Positions 19,492 through 28,914 of a stretch of DNA of 64,000 nt are shown here, piece after piece. Positions within the stretch are counted from its first letter, which is position 1. Each line of letters opens with the position of its first letter. Both the position numbers and the translations under genes were made by a program. The notes under the pieces were generated by a model that did not search any database, was not told the DNA's origin, and saw only the letters and a list, made by a program, of their open reading frames with translations. The stretch lies in contig OZ220733.1 of the NCBI GenBank assembly GCA_965116875.1, forward strand, positions 3,904,001-3,968,000, given 5' to 3'. Source of the stretch: Candidatus Latescibacterota bacterium. GTDB taxonomy: Bacteria > Latescibacterota > UBA2968 > GCA-2709665.

Positions 19492-20553
19492 ATGACGGTT
19501 ACAACGCTGCGGGCAGCCAAGGTTGCGGCGGGCGCCGTATTCGAACGGATCGGCGGCCTGGAGGCGGCTGCACATTACGGCGATTCCGCATCCGAGTATG
19601 CGGCGGTTAGAGAGGCCGCGGGTCTGGTTGATCGGAGCGACAGGGGTCACCTGCTGGTAACCGGCTCGGACCGTGCCCGTTTCCTGCACGGGATGTTGAG
19701 CAATACGGTGGAAGGGCTGGAAACCGGAGCGGGCAATTACGCAACGATGACGACCCCCCGGGGTCAGACATTGTCGGACGTATGGGTCTATTGCCGTGAG
19801 GAAGGTTTCCTGCTGGAGACCGAGCCCGGATTACAGACGAAACTGATGTCCTCCCTGGACAGATACCTGGTTGCGGATGACGTCCGGATCACGGACGTTA
19901 CGGGGTTACAGGCGACGTTCGGCGTCCACGGACCGGGCTCCCGCGCGCTGATTGCACGGGTGCTGGGTGAGGTTTCCACCGATCTTGCCGAATGCCAGAC
20001 GGTCGTCCGGACCCTGGGACGCACGGATGTAACCGTAACCGCGCGTTCCTATTCGGGAGAGCCGGGGTATGACGCGCGGATCGAGGCGGACGGTGCGCTT
20101 CGCCTCTGGAATGAGCTGACATCCGCCGGGGCGCGTCCCGTGGGTACCCTGGCTATGGAGGCGTTGCGAATAGAGTCCGGCATTCCTCGATACGGCGTTG
20201 ACCTGGACGAACGGGTCGTGCCGCTCGAAGCGGGCCTTCACCACGCGGTCGACTTTACGAAGGGATGTTTTATCGGTCAGGAAACAATCGCCAAGATGCA
20301 CAACCTGGGCAAGCCCAGACGGTTCCTGGTTGGTTTACGCCTGGAGGCGGATACGGTTCCGCCCTCGGAAACACCGCTTCGAGACGGTGAAAAACAGATC
20401 GGATGGATTACCAGCAGTGTCCGTTCGCCTGCCCTGGGTCGGGTGGTATCGCTCGCATCCGTCCGCAGGGGGTATGAGCAGCCCGGTCTTTCTTTGTCTC
20501 TGGAATGCGGAGGCCGTGCCGAGGTGGTCGAACTGCCCTTTTATAGACGGTAG
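19492..20553 (+). CDS. folate-binding YgfZ/GcvT-family protein
   Basis: KGCFIGQE motif, GcvT fold, RBS CAGGAGG. Confidence 0.88.
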   Translation: MTVTTLRAAKVAAGAVFERIGGLEAAAHYGDSASEYAAVREAAGLVDRSDRGHLLVTGSDRARFLHGMLSNTVEGLETGAGNYATMTTPRGQTLSDVWVYCREEGFLLETEPGLQTKLMSSLDRYLVADDVRITDVTGLQATFGVHGPGSRALIARVLGEVSTDLAECQTVVRTLGRTDVTVTARSYSGEPGYDARIEADGALRLWNELTSAGARPVGTLAMEALRIESGIPRYGVDLDERVVPLEAGLHHAVDFTKGCFIGQETIAKMHNLGKPRRFLVGLRLEADTVPPSETPLRDGEKQIGWITSSVRSPALGRVVSLASVRRGYEQPGLSLSLECGGRAEVVELPFYRR

Positions 20554-20670
20554 CGGACCCGTTTCGACGCCAGTTACAATACAGGCGCAAATTGGGGATG
20601 TCAAGGGCTTTCTGGCACAGCGAAAGGTTGTGGCCCGGACGGTGGTTTCGGGCCGGAATCCATCGCGTTG

Positions 20671-20699
20671 TTGACTCTGCACATTTGTTCATTTATATT
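20671..20699 (+). promoter_or_regulatory. sigma70 promoter of the fol/pan operon
   Basis: TTGACT-17 bp-TATATT. Confidence 0.65.
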
Positions 20700-20793
20700 G
20701 ATATCCAGAAAGGAAAGGGTGCCGCGTGTACACGGCGGCGCTGGTTGATGATTTGAGGCTGGAAGCGCGCCCGGGAATTGTCTGAGACCGTCG

Positions 20794-21150
20794 ATGGGAA
20801 ACGACGTATTGCGCCTTAGAAATATGAGGTTCTTCGCCTACCACGGGCTGTTTCCCGAAGAGGCGAAACTGGGGCAGTGGTTCGAAGTGGACGTTGAGGT
20901 TTTCTCGGACTTCCGTGGCTATGCCCGGAAAGACGACGCCGGCGCCCTGGACTATGCTCGCATCTACGAAACGACGAAGACGGTCGTTACGTCCGAGCGT
21001 TTCGGACTCGTGGAGGCGCTTGCCGACCGTATCGCGGAGGTCCTGCAGTCGAGCTTTCATCTGAAGCGTCTGCGAGTCCGGGTGCGCAAGCCCAATCCGC
21101 CCATACAGGCAATTTTCGACGGCGTCGAAGTCGAAGTGGAGCGGGGATGA
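20794..21150 (+). CDS. folB: dihydroneopterin aldolase
   Basis: FFAYHG..PEE..LGQ.FEVD, LDY, LVEALA, RKP.PPI. Confidence 0.93.
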   Translation: MGNDVLRLRNMRFFAYHGLFPEEAKLGQWFEVDVEVFSDFRGYARKDDAGALDYARIYETTKTVVTSERFGLVEALADRIAEVLQSSFHLKRLRVRVRKPNPPIQAIFDGVEVEVERG

Positions 21151-21153
21151 CCC

Positions 21154-21666
21154 ATGGCGATTTCCTACATCGGTATGGGTGCGAACCTGGACGATCGCGC
21201 AGATGTGTTGCGACGGGCCGCTGTCGCGCTGGATCGGGACGATCGTCTCGAAGTGAAGGCTGTCTCCCCGGTATACGAGACCGCGCCGGTTGGGGTAACG
21301 GCGCAGCCGATGTTCCTGAATGCGGTGCTTGCAGCGGAAACAGACCTCGATCCGCACGCGCTGCTGGAATGCCTTCTCGCGGTCGAAAGAGGGTTCGGAA
21401 GGGTCCGCGGACAGAGGTGGGGGCCTCGGTTGCTGGATCTGGATATTCTCCTTTACGAGAATGACATCGTTCAGGGTAGAGGGCTGGAAATTCCACATCC
21501 AAGGTTACACGAGCGGGCTTTCGTGCTGGTTCCGCTGTGCGATCTGGCGCCTTGTGGTCTCCATCCGTTGTTCAACAAGACCTTTTCGGAATTGGCGGAA
21601 ACGATCGTTCCGACGCAGGAAGTACGAAAGCTGGACGGCGTTTCGCTGTTGTCGGTTTGCGCATAA
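21154..21666 (+). CDS. folK: 2-amino-4-hydroxy-6-hydroxymethyldihydropteridine pyrophosphokinase
   Basis: YIGMGANL, FLNAV, RWGPRLLDLDIL, IPHPRLHERAFVL. Confidence 0.95.
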   Translation: MAISYIGMGANLDDRADVLRRAAVALDRDDRLEVKAVSPVYETAPVGVTAQPMFLNAVLAAETDLDPHALLECLLAVERGFGRVRGQRWGPRLLDLDILLYENDIVQGRGLEIPHPRLHERAFVLVPLCDLAPCGLHPLFNKTFSELAETIVPTQEVRKLDGVSLLSVCA

Positions 21667-21677
21667 GGGCGTATTTC

Positions 21678-22319
21678 GTGGCCGTACGTTACCTCGCGAT
21701 CGAAGGTCCTCCCTGCGTGGGCAAGACCGAGTTGGCGCGCCTCCTCGGAAGGTCGATGAAGGCCCGTCTGGTCCTTGAGGAGGCGGAGGAGAACCCCTTT
21801 CTGCCCCTGTTCTACGAAAACCCGGAACAATACGGATTCCAGACGCAGGTTTTCTTCATGCTGCACCGGTACCGGCAGCAACAGGACCTTCACCAGATGG
21901 ACCTGTTCGAATCCACGGTGGTCAGCAACTATCTGTTCGCCAGAAGCGGGATATACGCCCATGTCTGCCTTAACGACGCCGAACTTTCCCTGTACGAGCG
22001 CGTGGCCGAGACGCTCGATGAAAAGGTGCCGAGTCCCGATCTGGTCATCTACCTCCACAATTCAACCGAAAGTCTCCTTCAGCGCGTTCGCAAACAGACG
22101 CCTTCGTACGAACGTCTGATGACTGAATCGTACATGGCCAGGCTCGTCGAGGCGTACACTCACTTTTTCTTTCACTATTCCGAGTCGCCTTTGCTCATCA
22201 TTAACGTGTCTCAGGTCGACTTCGTACGGAATCCCGAGGGCCTGGAGGAACTGCTGCAGCAGGTGAAGGCGCCGCCCGCGGGCACCCGCTATTATCGCCC
22301 CTCTCAGATTAAGGCCTGA
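21678..22319 (+). CDS. deoxynucleoside kinase
   Basis: IEGPPCVGKT, ENPFL..FY, PDLVIYL; usual folK-dNK-panB context. Confidence 0.9.
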   Translation: MAVRYLAIEGPPCVGKTELARLLGRSMKARLVLEEAEENPFLPLFYENPEQYGFQTQVFFMLHRYRQQQDLHQMDLFESTVVSNYLFARSGIYAHVCLNDAELSLYERVAETLDEKVPSPDLVIYLHNSTESLLQRVRKQTPSYERLMTESYMARLVEAYTHFFFHYSESPLLIINVSQVDFVRNPEGLEELLQQVKAPPAGTRYYRPSQIKA

Positions 22320-22356
22320 TCACGGAACGCGCGTTGAAAAACGGATACGCAGGTAA

Positions 22357-22465
22357 GAAGCTGTTTTAACATTCACGGTGAGTCCCGACTGGCGCTTTTG
22401 CAACCGCCTGCCTTGCCCGCGGCAGCAGGCAGGCGCGATGCCGCCGGGGGTCTTAAGACAGCTTC
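22357..22465 (-). mobile_element. MITE family 1, short (109 bp) inverted variant containing a GCCTGC...GCAGGC hairpin
   Basis: Ends GAAGCTGTTTTAA / TTAAGACAGCTTC; internal blocks are reverse complements of family 1 (CGGTGAG-TCCCGA; GGCGCTTTTGCA); flanks TAA/CAA. Confidence 0.7.
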
Positions 22466-22481
22466 CAAGGGAGTTCAAGAG

Positions 22482-23324
22482 GTGTCCGACGAGGAATCAC
22501 GTACCACGACAGGTGTCTTGCCGGAGATGAAGCGGCGGGGCGAACCGATCGCCATGTTGACGTGTTACGATTTTCCCACCGCCATCCAGCAGGATGCGTC
22601 GAACGTGGATGTCATCCTGGTTGGCGATTCGGTGGGGATGAACATCCTTGGATACGAAAGTCCCCAGCAGGTAACCATGGAGGATATGCTGCACCACACC
22701 CGTGCCGTCAGACGTGGCGTCCGGAATGCAATCCTGCTGGCGGATCTGCCCTACCGGTCCTACGAGACCGACGCCCAGGCGGTTGCCAACGCCCGACTGT
22801 TGGCGGACGCGGGCGCCGATATGGTCAAACTCGAAGGCGCGGAAGAGGTGGCGGGAAGGATGGGCGCGATCACGGCGGACGGCATCGCTGCGGTCGGCCA
22901 CGTGGGCCATATGCCTCAGACGTGGACGGGAAACAGACACGTCTACGGTGACCGCGCCGACGAGGCTGCCCGTGTTCTCTCGGGAGCGCTCGCGCTCGAG
23001 GCCGCGGGGGCGTCAGCCGTGGTGCTTGAATGCGTTCCCGAACGGGTGGCCGGCGTGGTTTCGCGCGCGTTGAGTATCCCTACAATCGGCATCGGGTCGG
23101 GTCGACGGTGCGACGGCCAGGTGCTGGTGGCGCCGGATCTGTTGGGGCTCAATGATTTTTCATTCAGGTATTCCAAACGGTACGCGGAACTCGGGGGCAC
23201 CATCCGCAAGGCTTTTGCGAAATACGTCGTTGACGTGAAGGAAAAGCGTTATCCGGCCGAGGAGCATCGTTATCGTATCCGAAACGAAGAGTTGCGGAAG
23301 TTCAAGGCGCTCGCGGAAGAGTGA
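22482..23324 (+). CDS. panB: 3-methyl-2-oxobutanoate hydroxymethyltransferase
   Basis: MLTCYD, ILVGDS, ADLP, VKLEG, PTIGIGSG..CDGQVLV. Confidence 0.94.
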   Translation: MSDEESRTTTGVLPEMKRRGEPIAMLTCYDFPTAIQQDASNVDVILVGDSVGMNILGYESPQQVTMEDMLHHTRAVRRGVRNAILLADLPYRSYETDAQAVANARLLADAGADMVKLEGAEEVAGRMGAITADGIAAVGHVGHMPQTWTGNRHVYGDRADEAARVLSGALALEAAGASAVVLECVPERVAGVVSRALSIPTIGIGSGRRCDGQVLVAPDLLGLNDFSFRYSKRYAELGGTIRKAFAKYVVDVKEKRYPAEEHRYRIRNEELRKFKALAEE

Positions 23325-23401
23325 ACTCGCGGTCCACACGTTATTGATGATACCGTGGGGCGGGGATCTCTCGCCCTGCGTTTTTGTTTCAGGGGTAAGC
23401 G

Positions 23402-24283
23402 ATGGAAGCTGCCAGGGTCATTCGGAGCGTTCAGGACATGCATCGGGTTGCGGACCGGATGCGGAAGGACGGACTCCGGATCGGACTGGTACCTACGATG
23501 GGGTATCTCCACGAAGGACATGCCAGCCTGATGCGCCAGATCGGGCGGGTGACCGACCGGACGGTTGTGAGCGTCTTCGTCAATCCGGTCCAGTTCGGAC
23601 CCGATGAGGATTTCGAGACGTATCCCCGCGATTTCGAACGGGACCTGGCGATGGTCCGATCGGAGGAAGGCGCCCTGGTCTACGCGCCGCCAAAGGTGGA
23701 GATGTACCCGGACGGCTATGCGACGTACGTGGACGTGGAGCGGCTGGCTGACCATCTGTGCGGAGCGTCCCGTCCCGGTCATTTCCGGGGCGTGGCAACG
23801 GTCGTGACCAAACTCTTCACGGCCGTGAAACCGCACGTGGCCGTATTCGGCCGGAAGGACGCCCAGCAGGCGGGGGTTGTCCGCAGGTTGGCGGCCGATC
23901 TGAATCTGGACGTGGAAATCATGATCGCGCCAACGGTAAGAGAAGCGGACGGGTTGGCCAAGAGTTCACGAAACCGTTACCTGACGCCCCGCCATCGCCG
24001 TAGCGCCACGGTGCTATTCAGCGCCCTGCAGGCAGGTCGAGATCTGGTGCTGGGGGGCGAAAGACGCGCGTCGGTGGTCATCAACGACATGACTCGCCGC
24101 CTCACCCGGAGCCCGGGCGTGGAGGTTGACTACGTCGCGGCGGTCGATTCGGAGGATTTCCGGCCTGTTGAAGAGCTTGGAGACAGAGTGCTTCTGGCGG
24201 CGGCAGTCCGGATCGGCGAATCCCGGCTCATCGACAACATTGTCGTGGAAACCGAATGCCGGGCGGTTCTGGAACCACGATAA
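23402..24283 (+). CDS. panC: pantoate--beta-alanine ligase
   Basis: VPTMGYLHEGH, FVNP.QF, RPGHFRGV, FGRKD.QQ, SSRN, RLIDN. Confidence 0.96.
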   Translation: MEAARVIRSVQDMHRVADRMRKDGLRIGLVPTMGYLHEGHASLMRQIGRVTDRTVVSVFVNPVQFGPDEDFETYPRDFERDLAMVRSEEGALVYAPPKVEMYPDGYATYVDVERLADHLCGASRPGHFRGVATVVTKLFTAVKPHVAVFGRKDAQQAGVVRRLAADLNLDVEIMIAPTVREADGLAKSSRNRYLTPRHRRSATVLFSALQAGRDLVLGGERRASVVINDMTRRLTRSPGVEVDYVAAVDSEDFRPVEELGDRVLLAAAVRIGESRLIDNIVVETECRAVLEPR

Positions 24284-24323
24284 GTGTAAGTTTTTTTTAT
24301 AAGTAAGGCGGGATTGAAATCGC

Positions 24324-24352
24324 TTGACGACGTGCCCTTTCTTCGTTATATT
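24324..24352 (+). promoter_or_regulatory. sigma70 promoter of sod
   Basis: TTGACG-17 bp-TATATT. Confidence 0.65.
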
Positions 24353-24423
24353 TTTTTCTCGGATGTTTTACGGAAGTGTCCGGTTTTGTCTCCCATCCTC
24401 AATTACCTGAAGGAGTGTACTCA

Positions 24424-25038
24424 ATGGCTTATTCACTTCCCGATCTGCCGTACGGTTATGATGCTCTCGAGCCCCATATAGACGCCCGCACGATGGAAAT
24501 TCACCATAGCAGGCACCACAACACGTATATCACGAACCTGAACAACGCACTCAACGGGCACGCCGACCTGGCCGACCAGAGTGTCGAAGATCTCGTGAGT
24601 AATCTCGATGGCGTTCCGGAGGCAATTCGTACGGCGGTCCGGAACAATGGCGGCGGCCATGCCAATCACAGCCTGTTCTGGTCGGTGATGTCTCCGGACG
24701 GGGGCGGCGATCCGTCCGGTGATCTGGCCGACGCGATCAACGATGCATTCGGCAGCCTGGACGCGGCTCGCGACGAGTTCGTGCAGGCGGCAACGACTCG
24801 TTTCGGCAGCGGTTGGGCGTGGGTCGTCGTGAAGGACGGTGGTCTGGCGATTCTCAGCACCCCGAATCAGGACAGCCCGCTGATGTCCGGCGACGGTACG
24901 CCAATACTCGGACTGGATGTCTGGGAGCACGCTTATTACCTGAATTATCAGAACCGGCGACCCGATTATATCCAGGCCTGGGGAAACGTGATTGACTGGG
25001 ACGCGGTGGCGGCCCGATTCGCCGCTGCAACTTCCTGA
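24424..25038 (+). CDS. sodA: Mn/Fe superoxide dismutase
   Basis: [30 protein letters not shown]. Confidence 0.95.
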   Translation: MAYSLPDLPYGYDALEPHIDARTMEIHHSRHHNTYITNLNNALNGHADLADQSVEDLVSNLDGVPEAIRTAVRNNGGGHANHSLFWSVMSPDGGGDPSGDLADAINDAFGSLDAARDEFVQAATTRFGSGWAWVVVKDGGLAILSTPNQDSPLMSGDGTPILGLDVWEHAYYLNYQNRRPDYIQAWGNVIDWDAVAARFAAATS

Positions 25039-25137
25039 CCCGGTCCGCGGACACTGCGTGCCGGGGAAGCGCCTGCCGCTGTTTATTCGGTTCGGAATTC
25101 CGGTCGGCATGCTGGAAATACAAGAAAGGAACATCTT

Positions 25138-25614
25138 ATGGGGATCAATGTAGGCGATCAGGCGCCCGACTTCACCCTGAAGAGCAAGCGCGGTGAACTC
25201 GAGGATGTGGCGTTGAGCGGTTTCAGAGGTAAAAGGAACGTCGTGCTGCTGTTTTTTCCACTTGCGTATACTTCGGTCTGTACAGATGAAATGTGCTCGG
25301 TGAGCGGGGGCCTTTCCGAGTACGACGATTTGAACGCGCAGGTGCTGGGAGTCAGTGTGGACAGCCCTTTCGCCCAGGAAGCCTGGGCGGATCAGAACGG
25401 TATCTCCTTCCCGCTGCTGAGCGATTTCAACAAGGAAGTGAGCGCCGCCTACGGAGCTCAATATCAGGACCTTCTGGGTTTCAGGGGCGTTGCGAAACGC
25501 GCGGCGTTCGTTGTAGACCGGGAAGGGATCGTCCGGTACGCGGAAGTATCTGAAGACGCGACGGTAATTCCCGATTTTGACGCTGTAAAGCGCTGTCTTT
25601 CCTCAATCGGCTGA
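25138..25614 (+). CDS. peroxiredoxin (AhpE/AhpC-TSA-like)
   Basis: FFPLAYTSVCTDE, LLSDFN, RAAFVVD. Confidence 0.9.
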   Translation: MGINVGDQAPDFTLKSKRGELEDVALSGFRGKRNVVLLFFPLAYTSVCTDEMCSVSGGLSEYDDLNAQVLGVSVDSPFAQEAWADQNGISFPLLSDFNKEVSAAYGAQYQDLLGFRGVAKRAAFVVDREGIVRYAEVSEDATVIPDFDAVKRCLSSIG

Positions 25615-25628
25615 TCGACAGCGTTTAA

Positions 25629-25788
25629 CAGCCCGTTGAAAAAGTCCATCCGGGCTACGGCCGGCCCTTGCGGTCGAAATACTGCGTTGCGCTCCCTCGC
25701 CGAATCGAAGGATGGGACTCGGTCGCGCGCCTTGTCTTCGACCACAATGGCTCGGCCTCGCCTGCAGAGCGACTTTCTCAACGGACAG
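25629..25788 (+). mobile_element. MITE family 2, 160 bp, with TTAA target duplication
   Basis: Ends CAGCCCGTTGAAAAAGTC / GACTTTCTCAACGGACAG, flanked by TTAA on both sides; same ends as 60859-60942. Confidence 0.8.
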
Positions 25789-25817
25789 TTAAGAAGCCAG
25801 AATAGATCGAGGGTACA

Positions 25818-26141
25818 ATGGTTACGGTCACCGAGGCTGCCGCGGTAAAAATCAAGGATCTGCTGGACCGCGAAGGTGTTCCCGACGCGGGTCTCCGCAT
25901 GAAGGTGGTCGGGGGCGGATGTTCCGGGCTGCAGTACCAGTTGGGTTTCGAAAATGGTCCCGGCGAAGATGACGACACAATCGAATGCAATGGCGTCAGG
26001 GTGTTCGTGGACATGAAGAGCGCACTGTATCTCGCTGGATCTGAATTGGACTTTGACGACGGGCTGATGGGCACGGGTTTCAAGGTATCGAACCCCAATG
26101 CCACGAATCAATGCGGCTGCGGGGAGTCGTTTGGTGTATGA
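25818..26141 (+). CDS. erpA: A-type Fe-S carrier ErpA/IscA
   Basis: GGGCSG.QY, NPNA...CGCGESF. Confidence 0.9.
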   Translation: MVTVTEAAAVKIKDLLDREGVPDAGLRMKVVGGGCSGLQYQLGFENGPGEDDDTIECNGVRVFVDMKSALYLAGSELDFDDGLMGTGFKVSNPNATNQCGCGESFGV

Positions 26142-26196
26142 TGAAACGAGCCGGACCGTTCTGCTGCAGCGGCCGGTTCGTTTCCGGTTTGGGACG

Positions 26197-26229
26197 GGGA
26201 GGGGTCCGCGCGGGATGCCTCCCTTTTTT
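26197..26229 (+). terminator. intrinsic terminator after erpA
   Basis: GGGAGG...CCTCCC followed by T6. Confidence 0.75.
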
Positions 26230-26322
26230 GTCCGGACGAACAGTTGAACCGGAGTGTTATGCTGTTTTTGTTGCACATTGCAGGCCTGCTCCTTAACGGA
26301 AGCAGGCAGCAATTGGCTCCAG

Positions 26323-26484
26323 GAAGCTGTCTTAAAATTCCCAGCGGTATTCGCGCGGCTGCAAAAGCGCCGGTCGGCGTTGGTCAAACCCACCCGTATC
26401 AACAGATACGGGCGGAACTTCCCGCCTTGACCGCCCCTTTTTCGCTCGCGCTCGGGAACTCACCGGTAATTTTAAAACAGCTTC
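26323..26484 (+). mobile_element. MITE family 1, 162 bp, copy B
   Basis: GAAGCTGTCTTAAAATT...AATTTTAAAACAGCTTC. Confidence 0.85.
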
Positions 26485-26592
26485 CAATGGAGAATTCCGG
26501 AGAACCGGCGTCGCATCGCCTCAAGGAGCGAAAGCGACAATTCACCGTGGAGCCAAACGTGCGTCAATCGATTGACCTGGATCTCAATCTTA

Positions 26593-26754
26593 GAGGCTGT
26601 CTTAAAATTCCCAGCGGTCTTCGCGCGGCTGCAAAAGCGGCGGTCAGCGTTGGTCAAACCCACCCGTATAGACAAATATGGGCGGATTTTCCCGCCTTGA
26701 CCGCCACTTTTTCGCTTGCGCTCGGGAACTCACCGGTAATTTTAAAACAGCCTC
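26593..26754 (+). mobile_element. MITE family 1, 162 bp, copy C, with TTA target duplication
   Basis: TTA-GAGGCTGTCTTAAAATT...AATTTTAAAACAGCCTC-TTA. Confidence 0.88.
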
Positions 26755-26776
26755 TTACCGAAAACGGGAGGCTTCA

Positions 26777-28576
26777 ATGGCACTGGATGCATACTCAGTC
26801 GGTCTTGCCATTGCTTGCGCGATTCTCCTCTTCGCCGTCGGGTGGTTCCTGTCCGCAAGGCTCAAAGCCCGCAGAATTCAGGAAATTGAACACCACACCG
26901 AGCGTCGGATTTCAAAAATGGTCGAGAAGGCGGGTCGGGAGCGCAGGGCCGCATTTCTTGAAGAGAAGAACAAATGGTACGACGCCAAAACGACGTTCGA
27001 GCGCGAACTGGACAGCAAGAGGCGTGACCTGGAGCGACGCGATGAGGATCTGAACGAGAAAGAAAACGGCATACTCGAGCAGTACGAAAACCTCAAACAA
27101 CGTAACAAGGACCTGAATCGCAGGGACCGCGACGTCCGGCAGCGCGCGGTACGGTTGGATCAGAATCAGCAGGAGCTCGAACGGGTGCTGGGCGAACAGC
27201 GCGCCATGCTGGAACGCATATCCGGCATGAACGTGGACCGCGCCCGGGAAATGCTTCTGGAGACCATCGAGACCGATCTCCGGCATACGGCGACCGCGAT
27301 GGGCATGGAAATCATGGATCAGGCCCGGGAGCGGTCGGAACGTGAGTCGAAGAAAATCATCGCGCAGGCAATAGAACGATGCTCCACGGATCAGACGGTG
27401 CAATCGTCCATCTCGGTCGTGGCGCTGCCCGACGACGATATCAAGGGGAGGATCGTAGGCAAGGAGGGGCGGAATATCATCTCCTTCGAGGCTGCCACCG
27501 GCGTGAAGGTCATTGTGAACGATACGCCGGAAGCCGTTGTGCTTTCCAGCTTCGACCCCGTAAAGCGGGATGTGGCGAGGCTGGCAATGGAGCAGTTGGT
27601 GAAGGAGGGACGAATCAACCCCAGCCGTGTGGAAGAGGTCGTGGCCGAATGCGAGGACCGGATCGAGACCCTGGTCGAAGAGGAGGGCCGCCGAGCGGTC
27701 AGAGAAGTCGGCATCGATAACATGCACTCGGAGCTCGTATCGATGCTGGGACGTCTGAAATATCGGACGAGTTACGGTCAGAGCGTGTTGGGGCATTCAA
27801 AGGAAGTTGCCTTTCTGGCAGGCGCGATGGCTGCGGAACTGCGGATGGATGAAATGCTGGCGCGGCGGGCCGGGCTGTTGCACGACATTGGCAAAGCGGT
27901 GGACCAGGAACAGGAAGGAACCCATACCGACATCGGCGTGGCGCTCGTTCGCAAGCACGGCGAAGGGCAGGAAGTCGGAAATGCCATACTCTACCATCAC
28001 GGAGACGCCGAAGCCAGTTCTCCCATTTCATTCCTCGTAAAAGCCGCGGACGCCATTTCCTCGTCGCGTCCGGGCGCGCGCCGCGACGACGCGGAAGGGT
28101 ATATTCGAAGGGTGCGGGATCTGGAGGATATTGCCCGTGGTTTCCAGGGCGTTCGAGACGCGTACGCGATCAACGCCGGACGGGAGATCCGGGTGATGGT
28201 GAATGCCGGCCGCGTGGACGACGAACACGCCAAGGCCCTGTCCTTCGAAATCGCACAGCGCATCCGGGAGGGGATGACCTATCCCGGTGAGATTCAGGTT
28301 ACGTTAATCCGGCAAACCGTCGCCACCCAATGGGCCGGACGTACGAATAAGAGACGCAAAGGCCGATCCAGAAACAGGAGAGGAGAGCGCCGATATGAAA
28401 AAGGTCGGTCACGAAATGACGCTGACCGAAAGAATGTATCTTCCGGCAATCACAAAGGGTCTGTCCCTGACCTTCCGTCATCTGCTCGGAAAGAAGATCA
28501 CGATGCAGTATCCGGAGGAAACCTGGACAAAGCCCAGCGGATACCGAGGGCTGCACAAGCTCACAAAGGACGATAA
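26777..28576 (+). CDS. rny: ribonuclease Y with an Arg-rich C-terminal extension overlapping nuoI
   Basis: N-terminal TM, coiled coil, KH (KGRIVGKEGRNI), HD (LLHDIGK), ADAIS..RPGAR, YPGEIQVT; RBS GGAGG. Confidence 0.92.
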   Translation: MALDAYSVGLAIACAILLFAVGWFLSARLKARRIQEIEHHTERRISKMVEKAGRERRAAFLEEKNKWYDAKTTFERELDSKRRDLERRDEDLNEKENGILEQYENLKQRNKDLNRRDRDVRQRAVRLDQNQQELERVLGEQRAMLERISGMNVDRAREMLLETIETDLRHTATAMGMEIMDQARERSERESKKIIAQAIERCSTDQTVQSSISVVALPDDDIKGRIVGKEGRNIISFEAATGVKVIVNDTPEAVVLSSFDPVKRDVARLAMEQLVKEGRINPSRVEEVVAECEDRIETLVEEEGRRAVREVGIDNMHSELVSMLGRLKYRTSYGQSVLGHSKEVAFLAGAMAAELRMDEMLARRAGLLHDIGKAVDQEQEGTHTDIGVALVRKHGEGQEVGNAILYHHGDAEASSPISFLVKAADAISSSRPGARRDDAEGYIRRVRDLEDIARGFQGVRDAYAINAGREIRVMVNAGRVDDEHAKALSFEIAQRIREGMTYPGEIQVTLIRQTVATQWAGRTNKRRKGRSRNRRGERRYEKGRSRNDADRKNVSSGNHKGSVPDLPSSARKEDHDAVSGGNLDKAQRIPRAAQAHKGR

Positions 28577-28892
28577 GGGGCGTCCGAAGTGCGTTGCATG
28601 CTACATGTGCGCCACGGCCTGTCCGGCCGAATGCATCGCCATCGAGGCCGAGGAAGCGCCCTGGGAGGATCGTGAGAAGCATCCGAAGCGGTTCGACATC
28701 GATATGCTGCGGTGCATTTTCTGCGGCATGTGCGTCGAGGCCTGCCCTGAAGACGCGATCGTCATGACCGAGCGAACAGAACTGGCGGCGGAAAGCCGCG
28801 CCGAACTGATTTACACGAAAGAGAAACTGCTGGCCGTAGAAGACCGAGTGACGCTTACGCCGCCTCGAAGGCCACTCGAAAACACCCGATGA
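28395..28892 (+). CDS. nuoI: NADH-quinone oxidoreductase subunit I-like 2x[4Fe-4S] protein
   Basis: TMQYPEE, CVACYMCATACP, CIFCGMCVEACP; strong RBS. Confidence 0.88.
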   Translation: MKKVGHEMTLTERMYLPAITKGLSLTFRHLLGKKITMQYPEETWTKPSGYRGLHKLTKDDKGRPKCVACYMCATACPAECIAIEAEEAPWEDREKHPKRFDIDMLRCIFCGMCVEACPEDAIVMTERTELAAESRAELIYTKEKLLAVEDRVTLTPPRRPLENTR

Positions 28893-28914
28893 GCCGACGG
28901 GTGGTTGGGCGACC

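Noticed and set aside
26485-26592. Possible 6S RNA upstream of rny, a common location for it
   Set aside because: The 108-bp spacer is too short and the long hairpins are explained by MITEs present elsewhere in the window.
26323-26754. Repeat-spacer-repeat pattern as a possible CRISPR array
   Set aside because: Repeats are 162 bp with TIRs and a target duplication, there are only two, and there are no cas genes.
26244-27053. 269-aa ORF with an internal repeat, and the repeated MSIRVGLTNADRRFCSR peptides on the minus strand
   Set aside because: These are translations of MITE family 1 copies, not independent genes.
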